Assembly: GCA_022510405.1 (NCBI GenBank)
Contig: JAFLTP010000007.1
Span: forward strand, 1,343-65,342
From: Muribaculaceae bacterium
GTDB lineage: Bacteria; Bacteroidota; Bacteroidia; Bacteroidales; Muribaculaceae
Reading direction: 5' to 3'
Length of the DNA stretch: 64,000 bases
In this document: positions 9,538-19,723 of the stretch, one piece after another
How the letters are laid out: every line of letters starts with the position of its first letter
How positions within the stretch are numbered: the stretch's first letter is position 1
Notes under the pieces: generated by a model
Database searches by the model: none
Seen by the model: the letters and a program-made list of their open reading frames with translations, nothing else
What the model was told of the DNA's origin: nothing
Translations under genes and position numbers: made by a program

Positions 9538-11547
9538 TTAGGAGAGCATTTTGAGGAAATCGTCTTCGGAAATCATTGGTATGCCAAGTTTTTCACATTT
9601 TTCCTTTTTTGCAGGTCCCATATTTTCACCCACAAGAACAAAAGAAGTGCTTTTAGAAATGCTTCCGGCATTCTTACCTCCTTCGCGTTCAATAATCTCC
9701 TTGTATTCGTCGCGCGAATGATGTGTAAAGGTACCGGAAATTACAATTGTTTTGCCCTCGAGCCTGTCTCCTTTAGGAGCAAGCTTATCCTCTGAAAGTT
9801 GCATTTGAACGCCGGTGGCTTTAAGTCGTGCAATATTATCGATATTAACGGGATCACGAAGGAAATCGTAGATACATTTGGCAATGACAGGACCTATGTC
9901 TTGGACGGAATTAATTTCCTCTTCTGACATATTTTGAAGATTCTCCATAGATTTTACCCCTAAAGCGAGACGTTTGGCAGTTGTTTCACCCACATTCGGA
10001 ATAGAAAGAGCATAAACAACCCTTTCAAACGGTACCTGTTTGGAATCTTCTATGCCTTTAATTATTTTTGCCGCCGTTTTGGTGCCGATTCTGTCAAGTG
10101 CTTCGAGTTGCTCCTGCTTAAGGTCATATAAATCTGCAATTCTTTCTACAAGACCACAATCGAATAAAAGTTCTGCGGTTTCCTCACCTATACCATCTAT
10201 ATTCATCATGCGTCGAGCACAGAAGTGTTCGATTTTACCTGTGATCTGAGGACGGCAACCATATTTATTGGGGCAGAACCAAGCCGCATCACCAAAAATT
10301 CTTACCAATTTGGTGCCACAAACGGGACATTGAGTCACAAAGTGTATTTTTTCAGCATCAGGTCTTCTTTGAGATTCGTCCACTCCTGTAATCTTGGGTA
10401 TTATCTCACCACCTTTTTCCACATATAACCAATCTCCCTGATGAATATCCAACTCCTGGATAATGTCATCGTTGTGAAGTGAAGCACGTTTTACGATTGT
10501 GCCGGAAAGAAGTACCGGTTCGAGATTCGCCACCGGAGTAACAATACCCATTCTTCCCGTTTCAAAAGAAACGAAACGCAGTTGGGTACAAGCATTTTCC
10601 GGGTTAAATTTATAAGCTATCGCCCAACGAGGTGACTTCGCTGTATACCCAAGATTCAATTGCTGACGGAAAGAGTTAATTTTAAATACCAATCCATCAG
10701 TAGCGACCGGAAGTTCTTTACGGTGAACATCCCAATAGTTGACATATTCATCGACTTCGTCGAGTGAATTCAACATTTTCATAGCAGTTGAGACCTTGAA
10801 TCCCCAAGCACGCGCAGCCAACATATTATCATAATGGTTGTCGAAAGGAAGGTTGTCACCTAAAAGATAATAGAACCTTGCATCAAGATGACGTTTGGCC
10901 ACTTCACTTGATTTACGCATTTTGAGAGTACCGGAAGCCGCATTACGGGGATTGGCAAAGAGAGGCTCTTCATTGTAAGACCTTTCGGCATTTAGTTTTT
11001 CGAAGACTTCCCATGGCATGAGAATTTCACCTCTTATTTCAAAATAGTCAGGCCAGTCGCCGGGTTGCAATTCCAAAGGAATACTTTTAATGGTTTTGAC
11101 ATTAGAAGTGACATCATCACCCTGAGTACCATCTCCACGAGTTACAGCCCTTTCAAGACGACCGTTTTTATAAGTGATGGAAATGGAAACCCCATCGAAT
11201 TTCATTTCACCCACAACGGAAAATTCTTCTCCTTCGAGTGATTTTTTTACTCTGTCGAACCATTCATCCACTTCCTCGATAGAATATGAATTCGAAAGAG
11301 ACATCATAGGCCGATCATGCACGACATGCTCAAAATCCTTACTCAAATCCGAACCGACACGTTGAGTTGGAGATAAGGGATCAAAAAATTGCGGGAATTC
11401 CTCTTCCAATTTTTCGAGTTCTTTCATCAACATATCAAACTCCTTATCTGAAATTTCCGGTTGATTCAATATGTAATAGTTATTGTTGTGGCGATGAAGA
11501 TCGTTACGTAATTGGTCGATACGGGATTTGGCTTCTTGAGGTGTCAT
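9538..11547 (-). CDS. ligA: NAD-dependent DNA ligase LigA
   Basis: 669 aa with the adenylation motif GEMKFDGVS, a Zn finger CPVCGTKL...CPN..C, HhH repeats and a C-terminal BRCT domain. Confidence 0.97.
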   Translation of the reverse strand: MTPQEAKSRIDQLRNDLHRHNNNYYILNQPEISDKEFDMLMKELEKLEEEFPQFFDPLSPTQRVGSDLSKDFEHVVHDRPMMSLSNSYSIEEVDEWFDRVKKSLEGEEFSVVGEMKFDGVSISITYKNGRLERAVTRGDGTQGDDVTSNVKTIKSIPLELQPGDWPDYFEIRGEILMPWEVFEKLNAERSYNEEPLFANPRNAASGTLKMRKSSEVAKRHLDARFYYLLGDNLPFDNHYDNMLAARAWGFKVSTAMKMLNSLDEVDEYVNYWDVHRKELPVATDGLVFKINSFRQQLNLGYTAKSPRWAIAYKFNPENACTQLRFVSFETGRMGIVTPVANLEPVLLSGTIVKRASLHNDDIIQELDIHQGDWLYVEKGGEIIPKITGVDESQRRPDAEKIHFVTQCPVCGTKLVRIFGDAAWFCPNKYGCRPQITGKIEHFCARRMMNIDGIGEETAELLFDCGLVERIADLYDLKQEQLEALDRIGTKTAAKIIKGIEDSKQVPFERVVYALSIPNVGETTAKRLALGVKSMENLQNMSEEEINSVQDIGPVIAKCIYDFLRDPVNIDNIARLKATGVQMQLSEDKLAPKGDRLEGKTIVISGTFTHHSRDEYKEIIEREGGKNAGSISKSTSFVLVGENMGPAKKEKCEKLGIPMISEDDFLKMLS

Positions 11548-11585
11548 GGCAAAAAATAATCAAGATTCGATATATAAATTAACAT

Positions 11586-12377
11586 TCAATCTTCAATGAA
11601 TGTTTTATCGGGGTAGGAGATACGCCATAGGAAAAGTGCATTTGCAGGCATCGAAGTTCCTGCGGAACATCTGTCTTTTTCTTCAATTATCTTTTTGAAT
11701 TTTTCTATGGAAATTTTATGTCTACCCACGTCGACAAGAGTTCCAACAATAGCCCTTACCATATTTCTGAGAAATCTGTCGGCAGAGATTGTAAAGACTA
11801 TACCATCATTTAAGTTACCTAAAAACTGCAAAGCCTCAGAATCTTGTTTCACAGGGAGCCAGATAGCTTTTCTAACATCACAGATATTTGTTTTGGCGTC
11901 GGAATGCAGTTTTGCGAAAGAAGTGAAGTCTTTAGTGTGTATCAAAATTTCTGCAGCCTCATTCATCGAATCAATATCAAAATGGGAAGGGGAGTACCAA
12001 CAAAAATCTTTCAAGAAGGGATTTTTTTGAAAAGCAATAAAATACTTATATTCCCTTTCAATGGCGTCAAAACGTGTATGGGAATCATCTTTTACACGGC
12101 AAATCTTCTTGATAGCGATATTTTTACCGACAAGGCTGTTTAATGACAAAAGAAAACGTTTTTGGTCGTCAATATCAAAATCGGTATCGAAATGGGCGAA
12201 CATCTGCCGGGCATGTACGCCCGTATCTGTACGCCCTGCACCTGTTATAGGTGTAGTTTTACCTAAGATTTTGGATAGAGCCTCTTCTATTGTTGATTGA
12301 ACGGAGACAGCATTAGGTTGTGCCTGCCAACCATGGAAAGATGCTCCATTGTAAGCCAGTTCAATAAAGTAACGCAT
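11586..12377 (-). CDS. truA: tRNA pseudouridine(38-40) synthase TruA
   Basis: 263 aa with the motifs YNGASFHGWQAQPN and GAGRTDTGVHA (catalytic Asp). Confidence 0.93.
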   Translation of the reverse strand: MRYFIELAYNGASFHGWQAQPNAVSVQSTIEEALSKILGKTTPITGAGRTDTGVHARQMFAHFDTDFDIDDQKRFLLSLNSLVGKNIAIKKICRVKDDSHTRFDAIEREYKYFIAFQKNPFLKDFCWYSPSHFDIDSMNEAAEILIHTKDFTSFAKLHSDAKTNICDVRKAIWLPVKQDSEALQFLGNLNDGIVFTISADRFLRNMVRAIVGTLVDVGRHKISIEKFKKIIEEKDRCSAGTSMPANALFLWRISYPDKTFIED

Positions 12378-14275
12378 CAGTCGCGTTCCAGATATGTTAT
12401 ACCATAAAGACCGGACTTATAATTGCTGAGGAATTGGCGACCTTCTTCAGGAGTGATGACTCCATCCTTAACAGAAGCTGTTACCCAAGTTTCAAGATTC
12501 CTTACCAATTTTTTAGGGTTATATTCCACGTAATCAAGCACATCAGCTACCGGTTCACCATCGATTATCTGTTCGATTTCATAACCGTTTTTATCTACAG
12601 AAATATGCACAGCTGAGGTGTCACCGAAAAGATTGTGCAAATCACCCAGAATTTCCTGGTAGGCCCCTACAAGGAATACTCCAATGTAATAGTGGTCAGA
12701 ACCTTTAAGGGAATGAACGGGCAGAGAATGTGAAACTCCTTGCGGGGACACAAACATATTAATTTTTCCATCCGAATCGCAAGTGATGTCCTGGATAGTG
12801 CAACGGTGAGTCGGTTTTTCATCCAACTTTGAGATAGGCATAATCGGAAAAACCTGATCAATTGCCCAAGAGTCGGGAAGACTTTGGAAAAGTGAGAAGT
12901 TACAGAAATATTTTTCCGGCAACATTCGGTCAACCTTTTTCAATTCTTCGGGCGGATGTTTCATGGAACGAGTGAGATCATTGACATCTCGTGCCACAGA
13001 CCAGAAGAGTTTTTCAATCTGCGCACGGGTTTTCAAATCCAGAAGACCGAGACTGAAAAGTTCGAGAGCTTCATCACGAATCTGAAGTGCATCATGCCAA
13101 TCCTCAAACATTGTTGTTGGATTAATCCTGTCCCAGATGTTGTAAAGTTCCTTGGCCAATTCGTGTGCCTCCTCTCCAACGGTTTCGTTATCGTTCCAAA
13201 TAGGAAGCTGTGTTGTTTCGAGCACTTCAATCACAAGCACTGAATGGTGAGCAGTGAGAGAACGGCCGCTTTCTGTGATAATATTAGGTTGGGGAAGATT
13301 GTTTTTGTTGCAGACATCGACCAAAGCCGAAACAGAGTCGTTTACGTACTCCTGAATAGAATAATTCATGGAATGCTCTCCTACGGAAGAACGAGTGCCA
13401 TCATAGTCAACCCCCAGACCACCACCTATGTCTACAAATTCAATTCCGAACCCCATTTTGGAAAGCTGCACATAGAATTGCATCGCTTCCCTCAAAGCAT
13501 TTTTTATTTTACGAATCTTGGTGATCTGGCTTCCGATGTGAAAATGGATAAGTTTCAAAGCATTTTTCAAGCCATGTTTTTCCAGGAATGAGAGAGCATC
13601 GAGAAGTTCTGAAGAATTAAGTCCGAATTTGCTTACGTCGCCACCGGATTCTTCCCATTTACCGGAGCCGGAAGAAGTAAGTTTGATTCTGATACCAAGA
13701 TTAGGTGTGATGTTGAGGCGTTTAGCTACATCGGCTATCAGTTTCAATTCATTTATTTTTTCAACGACGATATAGATCCTTCTTCCCATTTTTTGGGCGA
13801 GTAGAGCCAATTCTACATAGTCCTCATCTTTATATCCATTGCAAATAATAAGGGAATTCGCCACCGGATTCACCCCGAGTACCGCATGGAGTTCCGGTTT
13901 GGAACCTGCTTCAAGACCCACATTATATTTGTTTCCATGGCTAACAATCTCTTCCACCACCTGACGCATCTGATTCACCTTTATAGGATAAACTATAAAG
14001 TTTTGGCCATTATAAGCATACTCATCAGCCGCCTTTTTAAAACACATAGAAATCTTACGTATCCTGTCATCGAGGATATCCGGAAATCTTAAAAGAACCG
14101 GTGCAGAAACATCTCTTACCAAAAGATGGTCCATTACTTCCTTAATATCTACAGGAGCACAGTTTTCACGGGGAGTAACCTGCACATGTCCCTTTTCATT
14201 TATAGAGAAATATTTTAAACCCCAGCCGCTAATGTTATAGATTTCAGCAGAATCTTCAATACGCCATTTTCGCAT
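12377..14275 (-). CDS. speA: Biosynthetic arginine decarboxylase SpeA
   Basis: 632 aa with the SpeA N-terminus (W..EDSAEIYNI.GWG..YF), PLP-site region YPIKVNQ, and HFHIGSQ. Its stop forms an ATGA overlap with the truA start. Confidence 0.95.
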   Translation of the reverse strand: MRKWRIEDSAEIYNISGWGLKYFSINEKGHVQVTPRENCAPVDIKEVMDHLLVRDVSAPVLLRFPDILDDRIRKISMCFKKAADEYAYNGQNFIVYPIKVNQMRQVVEEIVSHGNKYNVGLEAGSKPELHAVLGVNPVANSLIICNGYKDEDYVELALLAQKMGRRIYIVVEKINELKLIADVAKRLNITPNLGIRIKLTSSGSGKWEESGGDVSKFGLNSSELLDALSFLEKHGLKNALKLIHFHIGSQITKIRKIKNALREAMQFYVQLSKMGFGIEFVDIGGGLGVDYDGTRSSVGEHSMNYSIQEYVNDSVSALVDVCNKNNLPQPNIITESGRSLTAHHSVLVIEVLETTQLPIWNDNETVGEEAHELAKELYNIWDRINPTTMFEDWHDALQIRDEALELFSLGLLDLKTRAQIEKLFWSVARDVNDLTRSMKHPPEELKKVDRMLPEKYFCNFSLFQSLPDSWAIDQVFPIMPISKLDEKPTHRCTIQDITCDSDGKINMFVSPQGVSHSLPVHSLKGSDHYYIGVFLVGAYQEILGDLHNLFGDTSAVHISVDKNGYEIEQIIDGEPVADVLDYVEYNPKKLVRNLETWVTASVKDGVITPEEGRQFLSNYKSGLYGITYLERD

Positions 14276-14346
14276 CGGTTGAAAAGAAGTTTTAAGGTTA
14301 AATGATTTTATGTTTAATAAATAAGTTCCAATTAATAGAATGGAGC

Positions 14347-14670
14347 TTAGCTTGGATGTCGGCCAACAATTTCAAAAAAAGACACTATTATCTCGGTACG
14401 TTTTCTTGTAATCTTCATTCTATCTTGATATTCTCTTGTAGATAATTTACCCTCCACATATAATTGAGTACCCTTCTTAACGTATCTCTCCACAATTTTT
14501 GCAGTTTCACCAAAGAATACAAGACGATGCCACTCGGTGACTTCCATTCCATTGCTTGAAGGTTCATTAGTTGCCAACGAAAGGAACGCAATCGCTTTAT
14601 CTTTTTCGGGATACCTAACTTCAGGGTCACTACCTACATATCCTAAAAGAATGACTCTATTAACCGACAT
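14347..14670 (-). CDS. ssb: Single-stranded DNA-binding protein, short form (OB fold only)
   Basis: 107 aa: MSVNRVILLGYVGSDPEVRY...TEWHRLVFFG..A..V..Y..KG..LYVEGKL..R.Y. There is no Gly/Pro-rich linker or acidic C-terminal tip. Confidence 0.8.
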   Translation of the reverse strand: MSVNRVILLGYVGSDPEVRYPEKDKAIAFLSLATNEPSSNGMEVTEWHRLVFFGETAKIVERYVKKGTQLYVEGKLSTREYQDRMKITRKRTEIIVSFFEIVGRHPS

Positions 14671-14707
14671 AATCCTTAGACATAAGAAATTAATAATAAA
14701 TTATTTT

Positions 14708-15628
14708 TTAGAACCTTGAAGATTTGAGATGCAAACCAGTCTTTTCATGGAGTCCAAAGAAAAGATTCAAAACATGCACCATATCCCCGGCACCACCTCT
14801 AAGCCAAGCGTCGGCAACAGATTCAATGACCAAAGAGTCAGACTCTGGTTTCTTTAAGTTGAATACAATTTTTTGAGTGCCTTCAACCTCTTTATCCGAG
14901 AGTTCATTCCTTGTTAAGAAAACAAAATTATGGTCGTCATAAATTTGCTCATAAATTTTTTCGATTTCCTCTATAGGTAAAGCACAAGAAAGAGAAATTT
15001 TAGTTTTTTCCGTTCTTTGAGAATTATGTTCCTCAAGAATTTTTAATTTTACATTTCCATTAAAACTTGCTTGTCTCTCTTTCAATTGATTTTCAATTAA
15101 CAAAGCTTCCTTATTTTCGTTGTATTTTTCAAAAATTTCTGATGGAACAGAAACTTCAATTTCAATATCGGAATTTAAAAGCAGGTAATTAGCCAAGGGT
15201 ACTAATGTCACCAAAGCAGGGACAGTGATAGGAGAAGGGATATAAGCAGATATGGCACCCCTAACAAGAGCTTTTCTATTTATTTCGGAAAGACCTATTT
15301 CGAAACCATGGGATAATTTAAGTTGTGGGAAATCATTTTCAAATACCACCAATTTGAGTTCATCTAATTCGGGGAAACGATCCACTATATTTTGTGCAAT
15401 TTCATTAGATTGCATCACCATAAGAAAATCTATTTCATCCAAGTTGATCTTATCAGTGAAATATAAAGGATTTTCGCCAATTAACCCATGATGTATTGAA
15501 GAAATACTTCTTCCCAACAAATTAGGAGCGAATAAAGAAACGAGCTCGACCTCAGGATGATTAATAAGTATCCTGATAATCTCGCCAGCCAAAGGCGAAT
15601 CGGCCCCTAAAATCCCTATTTTAACCAT
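14708..15628 (-). CDS. ArgC-like semialdehyde-dehydrogenase-fold protein lacking the catalytic cysteine
   Basis: 306 aa. The N-terminal Rossmann motif is KIGILGADSPLAGEIIRIL and the C-terminus ...DAWLRGGAGDMVHVLNLFFG parallels ArgC DNL.KGAAGQAVQ. The ArgC active-site block PGCYPT is replaced by PSPITV. Confidence 0.6.
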   Translation of the reverse strand: MVKIGILGADSPLAGEIIRILINHPEVELVSLFAPNLLGRSISSIHHGLIGENPLYFTDKINLDEIDFLMVMQSNEIAQNIVDRFPELDELKLVVFENDFPQLKLSHGFEIGLSEINRKALVRGAISAYIPSPITVPALVTLVPLANYLLLNSDIEIEVSVPSEIFEKYNENKEALLIENQLKERQASFNGNVKLKILEEHNSQRTEKTKISLSCALPIEEIEKIYEQIYDDHNFVFLTRNELSDKEVEGTQKIVFNLKKPESDSLVIESVADAWLRGGAGDMVHVLNLFFGLHEKTGLHLKSSRF

Positions 15629-15646
15629 ATCAGTTCTACCTTTAGA

Positions 15647-16261
15647 TTAACCGTTGGAAGAAATATTCTGTCGCCTATCAATTTCCGCCTTTAGTCGTGC
15701 GGCTTCTTCATAATCTTCATCTTGAGCTGCCTTGTCCATGGCTTTATGAAGTTGTTCTACAGACATACTTTCGAGTCCACCGGATTTCACGACCTTAACT
15801 TGAGCCACATTCGGTGAAGGTTTTGGAGGCAACCCCGGTCTTCTTTTTTCGGCCGGGTCAAAACTTGCCTCCCTAATAACGTCTTCAGTTGTAAAAATTG
15901 GTGCCCCGGCTCTTATGGCCAAAGCCACAGCATCGGAGGAACGAGAATCCACTATTTTTTCATTCACACCGTCAGAAAGGTGCAAATCAGCAGCAAAGAC
16001 CCCGTTATTCAATCTCTTAATCAAAACATATTCAAGTTTGACATTGAATTGGTTTAAAGCCGCCATCATTACATCGTGGGTAAGGGGCCTTGGGGTCTTT
16101 ATTTCCTGAAGTTTACATTCTATCGCCTGCGCTTCAGGAAATCCAATAATAATAGGAATTCTTCTATTAGTTCCCACTTGTTGCAGAATCAAGGCATACA
16201 CCCCAGATTCAATCTGGTTGTAGGTTATACCGATTAATTCAAGCCTGTATTTATCTTCCAT
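15647..16261 (-). CDS. Bifunctional nuclease (BFN/DUF151) family protein with a C-terminal UVR motif
   Basis: 204 aa with ...IPIIIG..EAQAI... and RPLTHDVM motifs. The C-terminal segment DEDYEEAARLKAEIDRR resembles the UvrB/C motif. Confidence 0.8.
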   Translation of the reverse strand: MEDKYRLELIGITYNQIESGVYALILQQVGTNRRIPIIIGFPEAQAIECKLQEIKTPRPLTHDVMMAALNQFNVKLEYVLIKRLNNGVFAADLHLSDGVNEKIVDSRSSDAVALAIRAGAPIFTTEDVIREASFDPAEKRRPGLPPKPSPNVAQVKVVKSGGLESMSVEQLHKAMDKAAQDEDYEEAARLKAEIDRRQNISSNG

Positions 16262-16268
16262 TCTCAGT

Positions 16269-17339
16269 TTAAGATTCTAAAGTTATCAAAGCGGATCCAA
16301 GGCAAATATTATTGTCCGGAGTATATATAATAGCATATTGACCAGGTGCGATTCCTTGAACATCCTGGTCTGAAATTAGTTTCAAACAATCCTTTGAGTC
16401 ATTTTTTTCCAATATTCCGGTGTGGAATTCGGGCACATGACGAATTTTAAAAGACACTTTCAAATTGTTTTGATCTTTCAAAGGATCATAAGTTATCCAA
16501 TTCGGTTCAGTGAGAAATATTTCTCTTCCATATTGTAACGGAGTATCATAACCTTTCGATACATATATAATGTTTTCAGGTATATTTTTTTTCACGACAA
16601 ACCAAGGTCCTCCACCTAAACCGAGACCTTTTCTTTGTCCAATTGTATAGAACCAATACCCGGCATGGGAACCGATTTTCTTTCCGGTTTCAAATTCGAT
16701 TACATCACCGGTCATATCGCCCAAATGACGCCTGACAAAATCCTTGTAATTAATTTTTCCGAGGAAACAGATTCCTTGTGAATCTTTTCTATTGGCATTC
16801 GGCAATTTTGCCAGCTTAGCCAATTCCCTAACCTCAGACTTAGGCATATCTCCCAATGGAAACAAAAGATGGGACAATTGTTTCTGATTTAACTGTGCGA
16901 GAAAATCCGTTTGATCTTTTACCGGATCCTTGGCTGTAGCAAGATAATAACCTTTGTCGTCCACTTTGATAGAAGCATAATGCCCTGTGGCTGTTTTATC
17001 AAAATCCTTTCCCCATCTTTCTTCAAAGAAACCGAACTTAATAATCTTATTACACATCATATCCGGATGAGGAGTCAAACCGGCTTTAACGGTCTTCAAG
17101 GCATAATCCATGACATAGTCCCAATACTCCTGATGAAGCGACACCTCAGTGATAGGCAATCCATATTTTGAGGCAATTAAATTACACATCTCAATGTCTT
17201 CTTCATAAGAACATTCTCCTTCACCATTATCATTGGAAATTCGGATATAGAAAAGATGAAGGTCGTGGCCCTCATTATAAAGTTTATGGACCACAACTGC
17301 ACTATCGACACCCCCTGAAACCAAAACTGCAATTCTCAT
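16269..17339 (-). CDS. mnmA: tRNA 2-thiouridine(34) synthase MnmA
   Basis: 356 aa with the PP-loop VLVSGGVDSAV, KDSQGICF and GQRKGLG motifs. Confidence 0.95.
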   Translation of the reverse strand: MRIAVLVSGGVDSAVVVHKLYNEGHDLHLFYIRISNDNGEGECSYEEDIEMCNLIASKYGLPITEVSLHQEYWDYVMDYALKTVKAGLTPHPDMMCNKIIKFGFFEERWGKDFDKTATGHYASIKVDDKGYYLATAKDPVKDQTDFLAQLNQKQLSHLLFPLGDMPKSEVRELAKLAKLPNANRKDSQGICFLGKINYKDFVRRHLGDMTGDVIEFETGKKIGSHAGYWFYTIGQRKGLGLGGGPWFVVKKNIPENIIYVSKGYDTPLQYGREIFLTEPNWITYDPLKDQNNLKVSFKIRHVPEFHTGILEKNDSKDCLKLISDQDVQGIAPGQYAIIYTPDNNICLGSALITLES

Positions 17340-17845
17340 ACCTCTTCCAATTCTCCTTCGCTTTTATTTTCAGTGTGGATAATGTGTAAGGACAAGAAAT
17401 AATCCACAGAAATTTTGCCGGGTCCCACTAATAAAAGGAAAAAATATATACCCATAAAAAGAATGGGGACATAACCGAGATTCTGCCAATCCAACAAATA
17501 GGGAGCTTCAGTGACATAATCGTGTAAAAGATAATATTCCGCAAGCACCATTGAAACAAACGGAGGTATTATCATAACCCTTGTCAAGAAACCAAACATA
17601 ATAAAGGTGGAGCATACAATCTCGATACATATCATCACAATAAGAGACGCATGGCTCGACATTCCGATAACTCCCGGGAAAACATCTTTCAAAACATCGA
17701 AGTGATCAATTTGGCGCACACCAAATTGCATAAGCATAATCCCTATAAAAAGTCGCAGGAACAACCTTCCCATATTAGCATAGGAATATCCAGTGGCTTT
17801 AAAATATATCCATTTCAGTTTGCCGGAAAGGCTTAATGCTCTCAT
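17336..17845 (-). CDS. DoxX-family membrane protein
   Basis: 169 aa and hydrophobic, with an RLFIGIMLMQFG... DoxX-like N-terminus. Overlaps the mnmA start by 4 nt. Confidence 0.6.
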   Translation of the reverse strand: MRALSLSGKLKWIYFKATGYSYANMGRLFLRLFIGIMLMQFGVRQIDHFDVLKDVFPGVIGMSSHASLIVMICIEIVCSTFIMFGFLTRVMIIPPFVSMVLAEYYLLHDYVTEAPYLLDWQNLGYVPILFMGIYFFLLLVGPGKISVDYFLSLHIIHTENKSEGELEEV

Positions 17846-17914
17846 TTGTTTTTATTATCTCTTGAGTATTAAATTTTTGCAACGGGGGTATTAAAAATTT
17901 TGTGAAATGAGGTC

Positions 17915-18808
17915 TTAATTAACAGACTCCAAAACAGTTTCCATAGCTTCGAAGAGCGTTGGAAATTTTTTACTTATCTTACCGTCTGAGCCAACGACAT
18001 AGATTGAAGGGTTCAAACGAGTGTCATAGTTGTCACTTACAGTTGAAGATTTTCCGATTGTCCAATGGCTGTTATAATTTGCTACATTTTGTTGCCAATT
18101 ATCTACCTCCGTCGGAAGAATGTATAAAACATTTATTTTACCTTTGTCAACCGCATCACGGAATTTCAGATTTGATTCCATTTTTAATCTTGCTATCTTC
18201 CAGTCGGTGTCAGTCGGATCACCAAAAATAATAACAGTGGGTGTAGACATTGGGAAATAATTCTTTAGCCCTCCGTCTTTATCAGTAAATTCGAAAGATG
18301 GGGCAGTATTACCAACTTCACTTCCTCGAATAGAATTCGCCTGGTTTATAAATCTACTCTTTCTTGAATCCTTGATTTTCTTATTTTTTATCAAAGAGTC
18401 CAAAAATTTTAAATAGAGATCGTCACTCCAAAAATCAGCCCTTGGACCATATAGATTTTCTTCAGCAGCTTTTGAGAACTGGAGTTGTAAACCGGGATTA
18501 CTTGATAATTTACCTAAGAGTTTATCTACAGATTGATCCACCACTTTCCTTGAAGCATATCTCATTGTGGAAGCATAAACACCGAAAGCTTCATTTAGAG
18601 CGTATTGATCTATGGCATCTTTTCTTTTAAAATCAAACTTATCCCAAAAGTTTTTTACAATAAAGTTGCATCTATCTTCAAGCGACTCCATTCCATCCGG
18701 AGCCACAGGATACTCAAAAAGAGGAGAAATCTCAATTACAGTTTGTGACAGAGCTGAATTAAAATTAAATAAAATTAGAAATAGAAATATGACACTTATT
18801 TTTTTCAT
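17915..18808 (-). CDS. Secreted thioredoxin-fold (TlpA-like / DUF5106-like) protein
   Basis: 297 aa with a signal peptide MKKISVIFLFLILFNFNSALSQ. The C-terminal half resembles the redoxin fold (APSFEFTDKDG...IIFGDP...VVGSDGKI) but has no CxxC. Confidence 0.5.
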   Translation of the reverse strand: MKKISVIFLFLILFNFNSALSQTVIEISPLFEYPVAPDGMESLEDRCNFIVKNFWDKFDFKRKDAIDQYALNEAFGVYASTMRYASRKVVDQSVDKLLGKLSSNPGLQLQFSKAAEENLYGPRADFWSDDLYLKFLDSLIKNKKIKDSRKSRFINQANSIRGSEVGNTAPSFEFTDKDGGLKNYFPMSTPTVIIFGDPTDTDWKIARLKMESNLKFRDAVDKGKINVLYILPTEVDNWQQNVANYNSHWTIGKSSTVSDNYDTRLNPSIYVVGSDGKISKKFPTLFEAMETVLESVN

Positions 18809-19662
18809 TACATGATAGAGTCTAAATAAAATTTTTCAATAGCCGGCAAAGGATCTTTCAAGATTTTACATATTTGAAATCCAAATTTATCAGCGGTTTT
18901 GAGCAATATTTCTTTATAATTTAAGGCAATAGAACCTATAAAGCCTATTTTATAATTACCCAACGCTTTATATGGCATAATATTTTTTTTGAAAAAGTTT
19001 TCAAATTCTTTTTCTATTAATAACTGAATATCCTTTTCATTGACATTTTCTAAAAGAAAAGGTGAAAAAGAAGCAATGAAAGGAGCAGGTTTCGGTTGTT
19101 TATATACCTTTTCTATAAGCTCCTCCAATGATAAATTATATTTCTTTTGAAACTTCTCGATTAAATCATCTGACAATTGGTTCTTAAAAACAGCATTCAA
19201 AAGATGTTTACCAAGAGATACTCCTCCTCCCTCATCTCCCAAAATAAAACCTAAGGAAGGAGTTTTTGCCATAATCTCTCCTTTTGAAAAAAGAGCTGAG
19301 GCCGACCCGGTTCCCAAAATGCAAGCAATTCCATCTTCATTTCCGAACAATGCAATATAAGCTCCTTTTAAATCACTATCCACTATCACGTTATCAATAT
19401 TGAAAACGGAAGTAAAAGCATTGTAAATATAATGATTAAGGAGAGGAGTTGCACATCCAGCACCGAAAAAAAGAATTTTATCCACCGATTGATGAAAAAT
19501 CAAATCCTTTACTTCCTTCAAATTTGCCATGATGGAATCACGAGAGTCGTGAGCGGGATTAATTCCATCAGTCTTAAAGCGTATGACATCATTGGTCTCT
19601 TTATCGATAAAAGACCAAGAGGTTTTAGAGGAACCCGCATCAGCAATAAGCAAATTTTTCAT
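18808..19662 (-). CDS. BadF/BadG/BcrA/BcrD-type ATPase (N-acetylglucosamine kinase-like)
   Basis: Motifs LIADAGSSKTSW, LGTGS and GDEGGG. The track start at 19692 is a TTG; the ATG at 19662 (MKNLLIADAG) is preferred. Confidence 0.75.
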   Translation of the reverse strand: MKNLLIADAGSSKTSWSFIDKETNDVIRFKTDGINPAHDSRDSIMANLKEVKDLIFHQSVDKILFFGAGCATPLLNHYIYNAFTSVFNIDNVIVDSDLKGAYIALFGNEDGIACILGTGSASALFSKGEIMAKTPSLGFILGDEGGGVSLGKHLLNAVFKNQLSDDLIEKFQKKYNLSLEELIEKVYKQPKPAPFIASFSPFLLENVNEKDIQLLIEKEFENFFKKNIMPYKALGNYKIGFIGSIALNYKEILLKTADKFGFQICKILKDPLPAIEKFYLDSIM

Positions 19663-19723
19663 TAAGAATAAGGTACGGGAAAGTAAGTACAAATATAAAA
19701 ATATTCCACTACATATGCAAAGT

